From Malacoraja senta (lineage: Eukaryota), in contig CM075992.1 in assembly GCA_038087875.1 (NCBI GenBank), positions 9,550,001 to 9,614,000 on the forward strand: a stretch of 64,000 nucleotides of DNA, in the 5' to 3' direction. Below the pieces are notes generated by a model, which saw only the letters and a program-made list of their open reading frames with translations, searched no databases and was not told where the DNA came from. Shown here piece by piece: positions 37,819 through 50,345 of this stretch; the first letter of the stretch is position 1; every line of letters begins with the position of its first letter. The position numbers were made by a program, and so were the translations under genes.

Positions 37819-39839
37819 TTTTCCAGCTTCTTCAACCTGGAATTCACAAAGCAGAGCAAAGCTTCCTAAGTACGACCTCAGAGTAAGTACTTACGTGATG
37901 GTCCGCTTTTTTAAACTTGTAGCGGGAGCGCCTGTACTCCCGTTCGTCGCTGTTGCACTGCGTGAACGCTAAGGTCGCGCATGCGTGCTGGACGGGTTCT
38001 TCACGTAGTCACTCACGTGACTCCGAAGTAAAATATAGACGATTAGGTGTTCTTATGACATGATTGTCCAAAAATAAGAGCATTTAAATCATCTTGCGAG
38101 TGGGTTTTTCTGGAACACGATCGATTGGAACGTTGCATTTGCGGTGAATTTGAACCCCATTTTGGCAGGAAAAACACTGCCGGTTCGTATGGGGTCCAAA
38201 TCTCATTTTTGCATCGTAAAATTAGATTAAAGCCATCCCAAGAAGGAAGATTATATGTAAAATAAACAACTTACCCTTTGTTTTGTCCCGTTCTTGATAT
38301 CCGTCACGTTGTAGGCGTTGAGGGCGTTAGAAGTCGTGATTTAAAAAAAAATCGAGAACGGAAGTCCGATCGATTATGCTTCAGCAGCTAGCAGCCCGAG
38401 GAAATCCGCCTCCAACAGGTAGTAGAAAACTGGATTTTAATCCCGCCCCCCCCCCCCCCCAAAGGCGCCAAAGTCGTGCACACGGCCAGTGGCAGAACTG
38501 CAGCGCCGCTGAAGGTAAGTTTTGTAACATCGCTACTCAATGGTGTCAAGTTGGGAAAAGGGGAAGTACAACGGGATCTGGGGGTTCTTATTCATCAGTC
38601 ACTGAAAGTAAGCATGCAGGTACAGCAGGCAGTGAAGAAAGCGAATGGCATGTTGGCCTTCATAACAAGAGGAGTTGAGTATAGGAGCAAAGAGGTCCTC
38701 CTGCAGTTGTACGGGGCCCTAGTGAGACCACACCTGGAGTATTGTGTACAGTTTTGGTCTCCAAACTTGAGGAAGGACATTCTTGCTATTGAGGGAGTGC
38801 AATGTTGGTTCACGAGGTTAATACCCGGGATGGCGGGACTGTCATATGTTGATAGATTGGAGTGGCTGGGCTTGTACACTCTGGAATTTAGGATGAGAGG
38901 GGATCATATTGAAACATATAAGATTATTAAGAGTTTGGACACGCGAGAGGCAGGAAACATGTTCCCAATGTTGGGGGAGTCCAGAACCAGGAGCCATAGT
39001 TTAAGAATAAGTGGTAAGCCATTTAAAACGGAGATGAGGAAAAACGTTTTCACACAGAGAGTTGTGAGTGTGGAATTCTCTGCCTCAGAGGGCGGTGGAG
39101 GCTGGTTCTCTGGATGCTTTCAAGAGAGAGTTAGATCGAGCTCTTAGGGATTGCAGAGTTTAGGGATATGGAGAGAAGGCAGGAACGAGGTACTGATTGT
39201 GGATGATCAGCCATGATCACATTGAATGGCGGTGCTGGCTCGAAGGGCCGAACGGCCTACTCCTGCACCTCTTGTCTATTGTCGATTGTAAGTGTGTTAG
39301 GCATCAAACACTGATGTGGCGGAATTACTCAGCGGGTCAGACAGCATCTGTGGAGAAAAAGGATGGGTGACATTTCAGGTCGGGAAACGGAAGAAGGGTC
39401 CCAACCCAAAACGTCACCCATCCTTTCTCTCCAGAGATGCTGCCTGACCCGCTGAGTTACTCCAGCACTTTATGTCTATCTTCAACGTTGACCAGCATCT
39501 GCAGTTCCTTCCTACACACTAATTTAAGGGAAGTCAAATGTGACTGGGGTTGGCCTTATACAAGAACGTGAGTGTTCCTGTCTGAGTGTAGAGGCTTGAG
39601 CTGACATTCTGGCTTGCTTTTCGATCATTGGGTGAGAGGATGTCAGTTTGAGTTTATTATTGTCATGTGTGCCGTGGTACAGGGAAAAGTTTTTGTTGCG
39701 TGTTATCCAGTCAGCAGACATGAGATGTTGGATGAGATTTTAACCTGTGGTCTCAGGTTTAGTTTAGTTTAGAGATACAGCGTGGAAACAGGCCCATCCG
39801 CCAGTCGAGTCCGTACTGACCAGCATGGTAATGCTCTAA

Positions 39840-40248
39840 AGGACATGTCCCACATGGCCGTCATTTACGCACCATTTACGCGACCTCCAAGAATGTGGTC
39901 GTCGCGTTGTGATGCACGGGTGGTGTGTGGGTAGCATGGGACGGGCGCATGGAGAGGCGTGGAGGAGTGTGGAGTTGCGCTCGGTATCGCGCAGCGCTCC
40001 AGGATTCCGTGCTGCACGAAATCCTCGCGCGCTACCTGCGAGACGTATCGCGTACACACACTGGCGCATTGGCGTCGCACGCTGGGGCCCCGATATCTCA
40101 CGTGTATCGCGTGGTGATGCATGGTTACGTCACCGTGCGTAACCATGCATCGCGCGCACCAGACGGCATCGCGCGTAACGACGCGTCGACCTATTTTACA
40201 TATGACGCGTAAATGAGGCGCAAATGACGGCCAAGTGGGACAGGCCCT
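39840..40248. mobile_element. PIF/Harbinger-type MITE
   Basis: Degenerate TIR AGGACATGTCCCACATGGCCGTCATTT / AAATGACGGCCAAGTGGGACAGGCCCT, TAA/TTA flanks, related to 9380 and 30429. Confidence 0.75.
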
Positions 40249-40639
40249 TTAGGCAACAACTCTACCATTGCCCCACCGTGCAAAGGTGCAAGGATAAGAT
40301 TTTCACGGCACCATAGAGAAGAGAAGTGGAGTCGTTCCTGGTGTGCTGGCCACTGTTAATCCCCCAACTAACATCACACATGTTCACATCATGTCTATAT
40401 TGTTGTTATCTGTGAGACCTTGCTCTGTGAGTTTGAGTTTAGTTTATTGTCACGTGTACCGAGGTACAGTGAAAAGCTTTTGTTGTGTGTTGGCAATACA
40501 CTGAATCAATTTCAACATTCATAGAGTCATAGAGTCATACAATGTGGAAACAAGGTCTTCAGCCCAACTTGCCCATGCCACCCCACGCTGCCCCATCCAC
40601 ACTAGTCCCACCTGCCCACGTTTGGGCCATGTTTAGTTT

Positions 40640-40935
40640 AGTTTTTAGTTTAGTTTAGAGATACAGCGCGGAAACAGGCCCTTTCGGCCCACCGGGTCTG
40701 CGCCGACCAGCGATCCCCGCACATTAACACTATCCTATTACCCACTAGGGACATTTTTTTTAAAACATGTACCAAGCCAATTAACCTACAAACCGAAGAT
40801 CTCGGAGAAAACCCAAGCAGGTCACGGGGAGAATGTACAAACTCCGTACAGACAGCACCCGTAGTCAGGATCGAACCCTGGTCTCCGGCGCTGCATTTGC
40901 TGTAAGGCAGCAACTCTACCACTGCGCCACCATGC
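40640..40935 (-). mobile_element. V-SINE
   Basis: Head, partly deleted core and (CTAAA)n tail on the minus strand. Confidence 0.85.
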
Positions 40936-41579
40936 CGTATCTTTCTAAACCTTTCCAGTCTAAGTACCTATCCGGTGCAAAAGATGCTGCATAAACCAAA
41001 ATGCGATCCAATCATGAAAGGAACTATCTAAATTGATCGAAGAAGGGTCTCAACCCGAAACGTCACCGATTCCTTTCCTCCAGAGATGCTGCCTGTCCTG
41101 CTGAGTTACTCCAGCAATTTGTGTCTATTTTTGGTGTAAACCAGCATCTGCAGATCCTTCCTACAAATGTTATCAGTTTCACTGCAACATCTCCTCATGG
41201 TATGCTTACTTTGAAAAAGGTTCCCCTCCTCTGTCTGATGAGAGTTCTGCAAGTCTGAAGAAGGGTCTCGAACTGAATAGTCAACTATTCCTTTCCTTCA
41301 GAGATGCTGCCTGTCCCGCTGAGTTACTCCAGCTTTTTATGTCTATCTTCAGTGTAAACCATTATCTGCAGTTCCATCCTACACATGTACAAAATTAAAA
41401 CTGTTTTATTCATATATTTACACTAGTAGCATATTTTGTTGTGTTATTCTGCAGTGTACACTGTCTGGATTATAGTATGTGTACTAACAATTACAATGAA
41501 TGCAAATACTGTCAGGAGGCATATTAAATACATTTTTTATACAAATACTTAATTGCAACAAGCAATTAAGCCAATGTTA

Positions 41580-42090
41580 CATAGAAACGAAGAAAATAGG
41601 TGCAGGAGTAGGCCATTCGGCCCATCATGGCAGATCATCCAGAATCAGTACCCCGTTCCTGCTTTCTCCCCATATCCTTTGATTCCGTTAGTCCCAAGAG
41701 CTATATCTAACTCTCTCTTGAAAACATCCCTTGAATTGTCCTCCACTGCCTTCTGTGGCAGAGAATTCCACAGATTCACAACTGGGTGAAAAGGTTTTTC
41801 CTCATCTTAGTCCTAAAAGGCCTACCCCTTATTCTTAAACTGCGACCCCTGGCTCTGGACTCCCCCAACATCGGGAACATTTTTCCTGCATCTAGCCTGT
41901 CCAATCCCATTAAATGTATATCTTTCTATAAGATACCCTCTCATCCTTCTAAATTCCAGTTATCATAAGTCTAGTTGATCCATTCTTTCATCATAAGTCA
42001 GTCCCGCCATCCCGGGAATTAACATGGTGAACGAACCTACGCTGCACTCCCCTCGATAGCACGAATATCCTTCCTCAAATTAGTAGACCA
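41580..42090 (-). mobile_element. CR1/HER1-like LINE 3' fragment
   Basis: Family motifs on the minus strand. Confidence 0.85.
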
Positions 42091-42239
42091 ACTGATACTT
42101 CTAGAGAATGAGTCAACCCTATCTTAATAGTTGGGAAAAGCAGAGAGTAAACTCAATTACTGAACACAGATTCTCCACGTAGACTTAGCAAGAAATACAC
42201 TCAAAAAGCAAGCCGAAAGTGTGTCAGAAATTGGGATAT

Positions 42240-42565
42240 GTTGAGAGTCGTGAAGAGGTGTGCGTTTTCACATGTCTGGACTTTTTGCCTGATGGGAGAG
42301 GGGAGAAGAGGGAGTGGCCAGGATGTGACTGGTCCTTGATTATGCAGCTGGCCTTGCCAAGGCAGCGTGAGGTGTAGATGGAGTCAATGGAAGGGAGGTT
42401 GGTTTGTGTGATGGTCACAATTCATTGCAATTTCTTGCGGTCTTGGATGGTGCTTTTCCCAACCATGCTGCGATGCATCCGGATCAAATGCTTTCTAAGG
42501 CGTATCTGTAGGAGTTGGTGAGAGTTGTTGGGGACATGACAAACTTCCGAAGCCTTCTGAGGGAT
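42240..42565 (-). mobile_element. Rex1/Babar LINE ORF C-terminal fragment
   Basis: ..DRKKLQ..ITQTNLPSIDSIYTSRCLGKASCIIKDQSHPGHSLFSPLPSG.. A related + copy lies at 45545-45750. Confidence 0.75.
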
Positions 42566-42697
42566 GTTGATCACTGAACAATTCCTCCCAGATGAGTCAG
42601 CATCAATGCTGTGCACGAGTTCTCTCTTCGCTCGGTCAGTATTTGCATGAATCATTTCATGGATGAGCAATGGTTCACTGCAGCTGAAACCAAGGCT

Positions 42698-43005
42698 GTT
42701 TAGTTTAGTTTAGAGATACAGCGCGGAAACAGGCTCTTCAGCCCACCGAGTCCGCACCGACCAGCGATCCCTACACATTAACACTACCCTACACACACAA
42801 GAGACAATTTACATTTATACCAGGCCAATAAACCTACAAACCTGCACGTCATTGGAGTATGGGAGGAAACTAAAGATCTCGGAGAAAACCTGCGCAGGTC
42901 ACGGAGAGAAAGTACAAACTCCATAGAGACAGCACCCGTAGTCGGGATCAGAACCTGGGTCTCCGGCGCTGTGAGGCAGTAGCCTTAACACTGCGCCACC
43001 GTGCC
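42698..43005 (-). mobile_element. Full-length V-SINE
   Basis: Head, core and tail all recognisable. Confidence 0.85.
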
Positions 43006-44431
43006 ATCATTGTACCATGATGTCTCATCAAAGCTCCCGGTAATGTTGCTAATTGAAACAAAATCAGCGCTCTGCTCTGGCCTTCCATTTAAAATCAAGT
43101 TCATTTGAACCCATTCCCTCTCTCCGGAGATGCTACCTGCCCCGCTGAGTTACTCCAGCATTTTGTGTCTATCTTCCACTTCAACTACATCTAATGCAGA
43201 GTAAGGAACATTTATTACCATTGCTGCCATTCACATTACCTCTTTGTTATCTCACTTTATCATCCACACGACTATTTAGCAACAAAACAGTCTGAAGAAG
43301 GGTTTCGGCCCGAAACGTTGCCTATTTCCTTCGCTCCATAGATGCTGCTGCACCCGCTGAGTACCTCCAGCATTTTTGTGTACCAGTCTGAAGAAGGGTC
43401 TCGACTCGAAACATCGCCTCTTTCTTCTCTCCATAGATGCTGCCTCACCTGCTGAGTTCCTCCAGCATTTTTGTCTACATTCGATTTTTTTTCAGCATCT
43501 GCAGTTCTTTCTTAAATATTTAAGAGACATTTGGTCAAATACATGGATAGGAAAGATATGGATAAATTCCGGCAAATGGGACTAGTATCTTGTTCAGCAT
43601 GGATGAGAAGGGCCGAAGGGCCTGTTTCCATGCTGTATGACAGTATAGTATTCTAAGCCATGTAGTATCAAAACGAAAGAGGAAGCTACAGAGGCTATTG
43701 AAAGATTCAGTAGCTTTACTGGTAGGTTTAATTGTCTAAAACACAATAAATGTTTTGTTGCTTGGACATGGTGAGGTATCTAGTTGTCGGGTAGTGCAAT
43801 TGCATATCACTGGTGTTGCACTCAAGGGTTCGTGTGCGGGAGGAGGCTGGTTCAATACCAACTCAGAATTATGTGTGTTCGGGGTAAAATATTGCAATGC
43901 AATTTAAATTGAATTATAGAACCCGTACTGCGTATAAACAGTGCAGGAAAGAACTGCAGATGCTGGTTTAAATCGAAGATAGACACAAAGAGCTGCAGAT
44001 GCCAAATCCCAATAACTCAGCCGGACAGGCACCATCTCCGGAGAGAAGAAATGGGTGACGTTTCGGGTCGAGATCCATCATCAGTCTGAAGAGATGCTGC
44101 CTGTCCCGCTGAGTTACTCCAGCTTTTTATGTCTATATTCAGGAACTGCAGATGCTGGTTTACAAAAAAAAACACAAAATGCTGAGGTAACTCAGCAGGT
44201 CAGGCAGCATCTCTGGAGAATGTGGATATGTGACATTTCAGGTCAGGAGGTTTCTTCAGACTAAATTGAATTAAATGCTCTCTAAAGTGTTACAGTGCAG
44301 GAAAGATGGCATTTGTAGAACATAGTTCGTCAAATACCAATCTGAACATGTTGAGAATTTGTTCCAGTGTCGAGGTGTGAAACATTGTCCTGGATGCTGA
44401 GGAGAATGCCCTGCATTTATTCTGCACTTTG

Positions 44432-45270
44432 GTCAGCACGGTGGCGCAGCGGTAGAGTTGCTGCCTCATAGCTCCAGAGACCCAGGTTCGATCCTGACTA
44501 CAGGTGCTGTCTGTGTGGAGTCTCCACGTTCTCCCCATGACCTGCCTGGGTTTTCTCCGGGTGCTCGGGTTTCCCCACACATTCCAAAGACGTGCAGGCT
44601 TGCAGGTTAATTGGCTTCTGTAAATTGCATTTAGTGTGTAGTACAGAACTAGTGCACGGGTGATTGCTGGTCGGCACAGACACAGTGGGCCGAAGGGCCT
44701 GTTTCCACTCGGTATCTCGAAACTAAAATAAAATAAACATCAAGGAGTGTCATAAGAAGGGTAAGGTGAATAGGTGTGGGCACAGGGATATCTCAGCTGA
44801 AGGGCAGAAGGTCCTGAGGACATAAGGTCATGCGATAGGAGCAGAATTAGGCCATTTGGCTCATCATGACTACTCCACCATTCGATCATGGCTGATCTAT
44901 CTCTCCTAACCCCATTCTCCTGCCTTCTCCTCATAACCCCTGACACCCGTACTAACCAAGAATCTGTCAATCTCTGCCTTCAAAAATATCCATTGACTAG
45001 ACCTCCACAGCCTTCTGTGGCAAAGAATTCCACCGATTCACCACCCTCTGACTAAAGAAATTCCTCCTCATCTCCTTTCTAAAGGTACGTCCTTTAATTC
45101 TGAGGCTATGACCTCTGGTCCAAGACACTCCCACTAGTGGAAACATCCTCTCCACATCCACTCTATCCAGGCCTTTCACTATTCTGTGCGTTTCAATGAG
45201 GTACCCCCTCATCCTTCTAAACTCCAGCAAGTACAGGCCCAGTGCTGACAAATGCTCATCATATGCTAGA
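44432..45270. mobile_element. V-SINE (+, 44432-44735) and CR1 second-subfamily 3' fragment (-, 44830-45270)
   Basis: SINE consensus; ORF 44997-45362(-) [34 protein letters not shown]. Confidence 0.8.
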
Positions 45271-46455
45271 TGGTGGGACTTAGGGCAAATAAGTGATAAA
45301 TTGTGAGCTGAAGAGCGGCCAACTTTCTCCTGCATGTAAACTTCCTCCTTCCTACTTTCCATGCAGCTTTGGAGTCATTCACAAACTCAGATGTTCCCTT
45401 GTGTTGATGAAGTAATTTTTCTATGAATACTTAGGTTATTTTATAGCACGGTTTTAAAATCTTATGTCATGTTTTCTAAATATATCCATGCAGCTGGTGT
45501 GCAAAGATCTGTATTTTGAAGTGGGAGCAGCTCGTGATTTCTACAAACCAACCTCCCTTCCATTGACTCCATCTACACCTCACGCTGCCTCGGCAAGGCC
45601 AGCAGCATAATCAAGGACCAGTCTCACCCCGGCCACTCCCTCTTCTCCCCTCTCCCATCGGGCAAGAGGTAGAGAAGTGTGAAAACACACACCTCCAGAT
45701 TCAGGGACAGTTTCTTCCCAGCTGTTATCAGGCAACTGAACCATCCTATTATAGTTAGATTTAACTCTTACAGCTAACGGAATCAAGGGATATGGGGAGA
45801 AAGCAGGAACGGGGTACTGATTTTGGATGATCAGCTCGAAGTGCCTAATGGTCTACTCCTGCACCTATTTTCTATGTTTCTAAGTTTCTATCCTCTCAAC
45901 AACTAGAGAGTGGCCTTTAGTCTTTTTAGTTTAGTGATACAGCGCGGAAACAGGCCCTTCGGCCCATCGAGTCCGTGCCGACCACCAATCCCCGCACATT
46001 AACACACTAGGGACAATTTACACATACACCAAGCCAATTAACCTACACATACTGTACCTACACGTCCTGAACTACTATAAACTTCATTTGAGACCCTCTG
46101 GCCATCTTTAACTGGAATTTACTAGACATTATCTTGCATTAAACATTATTCCCTTTATCATGCATCTGTACACTGTGGACGGCTTGATTGTAATCTTGTA
46201 TTGTCTTTCTGCTAACTGGATAGAACGCAACAAAAAAGCTTTTCACTGTACATGTGACAATAAACTAAACTAAAGATAGACCCTCTCATGCACCCTGTTG
46301 CTTGTCTCCTGTGCCTGCCGTGTTCACACCTTCCTCTCGCGATCGGGTTCGTCTCTGTTCAGCAGAAGGCTACCTGCCCTCTTCTCAGGCTGGACAGTTC
46401 CTCAGGCCCATTTCACATCCAGAGAAAGGCTCACCAGCCTTGTATAGACCTGTGC

Positions 46456-47365
46456 AGAAAGGAACCGCAGATGCTGGTTTAAACCGAAGATAGACACAAA
46501 AAGCTGGAGTAACTCAGAGGGACAGGCAGCATCTCTGGAGGGAAGGAATAGGTGACGTTTCGGGTCGAGACCCTTCTTCAGACTGAAGGTCAGGGGAAAG
46601 GGAAACGAGAGATCTAGACGGTGATGTAGAGAGATATACTGTAGAATAAATGAATGAACGATATGCAATAAAATAATGATGACAAAGGGAACAGGCCATT
46701 GTTAGCTGCGGCTTAGGTGAAAATGAGTTACACACAATGAGACTCGACTTGGAACTAGTACAATGACTGGGGTGGGGGAGGGATGGAGACAGAGACGGAG
46801 ATGATGCAAGGGTTACTTGAAGTTAGAGAAATCAATATTCATACCCCTGGGTTGTAAGCTGCCCAAGTGGAATATGAGGTGTTGTTCCTCCAGATACGTC
46901 CCAAAATCACTGTCAATATCTGATTCAAACTCTTTGAATCACTTCCCTCTGGAAGGCGACTCCGGATTGTCAAAGCTGCCACAGCCAGACATAAAAACAG
47001 TTTTTATCCACGAGTAGTTGCTCTACTCAACAGCCAAAAATCTGTAGCCTCCTTTTAATCTGGTATTTTGTTGGTTCACATGCTTGATCAATGGTGTTTT
47101 ATCATTAATGTCTTATTATTATTAATATTTAGTGTTTTCTGAGTCATTCGTAACTGTCGCTGTGTGTCATGTTGTTACTTGTGGGCGGAGCACCAAGGCA
47201 AATTCCTTGTATGTGAATACTTGGCCAATAAACTTACTTACTTACTTATCTCTCGTTTCCCGTTCCCCTGAAGAAGGGTCAAGACCCAAGACGCCACCTA
47301 TACCTTTTCTCCAGAGATGCTGCCTATCCCGCTGAGTTACTCCAGCTTTCTGTGTATATCTTCAA
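46456..47365. mobile_element. Composite Penelope insertion (minus 3' fragment plus inverted terminal repeat) containing a Rex-type fragment
   Basis: Flanked by TATAGACCTGTGC at 46443-46455 and 47366-47378; GIY-YIG C-terminal remnant at about 46810-46890. Confidence 0.7.
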
Positions 47366-47584
47366 TATAGACCTGTGCCTGACCATGCCGCCTCCCACTA
47401 GACTGTGGAAAATACATCAGTGGTGCATCAAGCTGCAAGAAAGGGAAGTGGGATTTGCCATTCTCAGCTCTCTTGTGGCGTGGGGCCCACTTTGTGCTGA
47501 AAACACTTCTGTTCCTTTCTTCCCATGTCCGCTCTCTGTCCTTCGTTCCCCGACAGAGGCAGAGAGAAACACTGGGATAGACTG

Positions 47585-48118
47585 AATGTGGAGGAAGGAA
47601 GTGCAGGTGCTGGTTTACACTGAAGATAGACACAAAATGCTGGAGCAACTCAGCGGGTCAGGCGGCATCTCTGGAGAGAAGGAATGGGTGAAGTTTCTGG
47701 TCGAGACCCATCTTCAGGCTGAGCGTCAGAGGAGAGGGGGGCACAGAGATATGGAAGGGTAAGATGTGAAAACGACAGATCAAAGCAGACGTCGATCAAA
47801 GAAATGTGGAATGGTTCATTGTTGGCTGAGGGGAAGGTGACAAGGAGGCATGCAATCAGTAAAATTAATCAGAAAGGCAGTGAAACTAGTCGGAGAACTA
47901 GGGTGGGGGAGGGATGGAGAGAGAGGGAATGCAAGGGCTACTTGAAGTTAGAGAAGTCAATGTTCATACCACTGGGGTGTAAGCTGCCCAAGTGAAATAT
48001 GAGGTGCTGTTCTTCCAATTTGCGCTGGGCCTCACTCTGACAGTGGAGGAGGCCCAGGACAGAAAGGTCAGTGTGGGAATGGGAGGGGGAGTTAAAGTGT
48101 TTGGCAACCGGGAGATCT
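47585..48118 (-). mobile_element. Penelope-like 3' fragment
   Basis: Minus strand encodes ..PVAKHFNSPSHSHTDLSVLGLLHCQSEAQRKLEEQHLIFHLGSL.PSGMNIDFSNFK*, then the terminal repeat. Confidence 0.85.
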
Positions 48119-49149
48119 ATGCGATCAGAGCTACTGGGGAGAGGGGCAACTAATTGAGGTGATTATTCCTCACATGTTTCATTGGCGGAGAAACATTACT
48201 GATTATGTAAAAGGTGCAAGACAAATGAAACTCATACATTTAGAATTGTTCATCTTAAGTGCAGGACATTAGTAGGATGGCAATTAGGTACATGGACCAA
48301 CAAACCAGAGTCTTGGACAACTGATAGACTCACAGACCCATAGCATGGACACTGGCCCTTCAGCCCATCTTGTCTACGCTGACCAAGTTGGCATGTTGGG
48401 CTAGTCCACTTGGCACATGGATATGGGACCTTGAAATTATAATCATGTCATAGGAGCAGAATTAGGCCATTCGGCCCATCAAGTTTACTCTGTCATTCAA
48501 TCATGGCTGATCTATCTCTCCTAACCCCATTCTCCTGCCTTCTCCCCATAACCTCTGACGCCCGTACTAATCAAGAATCTATCTATCTCTGCCTTAAACA
48601 TATCCACTGACTTGGCCTTCACAGCCTTCACCTCCAAAGAATTCCACAGATTCACCACCCAATGATTAAATAAATTCCTCCTCATCTCCTTCCAATAGGA
48701 ACTTCTGAGGCTATGGCCTCAGGTCCTTGACTCTCCCATTAATGGAAACATCCTCTCCACGTCCATTCTACCCAAGCCGAGATAGACACAAAAAGCTGGA
48801 GTAACTCAGTGGGACAGGCAGCATCTCTGGAGAGAAGGAATAGGTGACGTTTCGGGGTTGAGACCCTTCTTCAGCCTCGACCCAAAACGCCACCTGTTCC
48901 TTCTCTCCAGAGATGCTGCCTCCAGCGTTTTTTGTCTATCTTCGGTTTAAACCAGCATCTGCAGTTCCTTCCTGCACACTATCCAAGGCTAGAGTGGATG
49001 TGGCGTTAATGCTGGCATTTTATCTGAAGCCAGCTCGACTGTAATGTTGGAGGAATGGGAGGTCAGACCAGATGAGGCGTCATGGAGGTGCATGGGGTTA
49101 AGGCTGCTCGTTCCAGGTCCATCCCTGTTCCTCAAGCCGATATTTATGT

Positions 49150-50345
49150 TTATGTTTAGAGATACAGTGCAGAAACAGCGCCCTTCAGCCCACCGAGTCT
49201 GCACCGACCAGCGATGCCCGCACATTAACACAAGCCTACACACACTAGGGACATTTTACACTGATACCAAGTATACAACTCCAAGCCAATTAACGTACAA
49301 ACCTGTACATCTTTGGAGTGTGGGAGGAAACCGAAGATCTCAGAGAAAACCCACGCAGGTCACAGGGAGAATGTACAAACTCTGTACAGACAGCACCCGT
49401 AGTCGGGATCGAACCCGAGTCTCCGGTGCTGCAAGCACTGTAAGGCAGCAACTCTACTGCTGCGCCACCGTGCCGCAACAGTGTAGAGAGTTTGCCCACT
49501 CTCACTGTGACCATGGGTTCCCCGGCTGCCTCCATGCCCTCCCGCACCCTACTCTGATCAGCTGGGCTAATGGACTGATGCAGTTTCATGCAGATAAGTG
49601 CAAGGTATCTTATATAGGGTAGTCAAACCAGGGAAGACCTTCACAGTGAATGGCTGGGCCCTGGGAGTGATGTAGAGCGGAGGGATCTAGGAGTACAGAG
49701 TTCCATGAAAGTGGCATCATAGTTTGTACGCTCTCCCCGTGACCTGCGTGGGTTTTCTCCGAGGTCTTCGGTTTCCTCCCACACACCAAAGACGTACAGG
49801 TTAGTAGGTTAATTGGCTTGGTAAATGTAAAAAATTGTCCCTAGTGGGTGTAGGATATTGTAGATGTGCGGGGATCGCTGGTCAGCACGGTCCCGGTGGG
49901 CCGAAGGGCCTGTTTCCGCGCTGTATCTCTAAGCTAAACTAACCTAAACTAAAAGGGTGGTAAGGAAGGCTTTTGGTACTTTGGTCTTCATCATTCAGAG
50001 CATTGAGTATAGAAGTTGGGACATTATGTTACAGTTTAGTTTAGTTTAGAGATACAGTGCGGAAACTGGCCCTCTGGCCCACAGAGTTCGTGCCGACCAA
50101 CGATCCCCGAAAACACTAACACTATCCTACACACACTCGGGACAATTTACTATAATACCAAGCCAATTAACCTGCAAACCTGAACGGTTTTGGAGTCTGA
50201 GAGGAAACGGGAGCCCCCAGAGAAAACCCACGCAGGTCACGGGGGGAACGTACAAACTCCGTACAGACAGCAACCGTATAGTCAGAATCGAACCTGGGTC
50301 TCTGGCACTGTGAGGCAGCAACTCTACCGCTGCGCCACCGTGTCA
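49150..50345. mobile_element. Cluster of three V-SINEs in and beside an old CR1 fragment
   Basis: SINEs at 49150-49472(-), 49721-49952(+) and 50034-50343(-); CR1 pieces at about 49560-49720, 49953-50033 and 50350-50900. Confidence 0.75.

Larger units (their letters stand above)
32693..38034 (-). mobile_element. DIRS1-type tyrosine-recombinase retrotransposon, near full length
   Basis: gag-like, RT/RNaseH/MT and YR ORFs. ITR 37974-38004 vs 32765-32795. ICR 32913-33025 is complementary to both termini (32693-32767 and 37998-38034). No TSD. Confidence 0.95.
31669..38535 (-). mobile_element. Internally deleted TIR DNA transposon (~1.5 kb net) with 7-bp TSD (hAT-related, hATw-like?)
   Basis: TIR TAGCAATGTTACAAA / TTTGTAACATCGCTA; TSD CTCAATG at 31662-31668 and 38536-38542. 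Confidence 0.8.
31503..39285 (+). mobile_element. CR1/HER1-like LINE fragment hosting nested insertions (LINE parts 31503-31668 and 38536-39285)
   Basis: ..MQGDLDRLGEWADAWQIKFNVDTCEVIHFGGKNKKADYYLN | [30 protein letters not shown] rejoins seamlessly across 31669-38542. Confidence 0.9.

Noticed and set aside
42565..42700. Unique patch with a possible minus-strand acceptor
   Set aside because: No convincing donor or recognisable peptide; runs into a Rex fragment.
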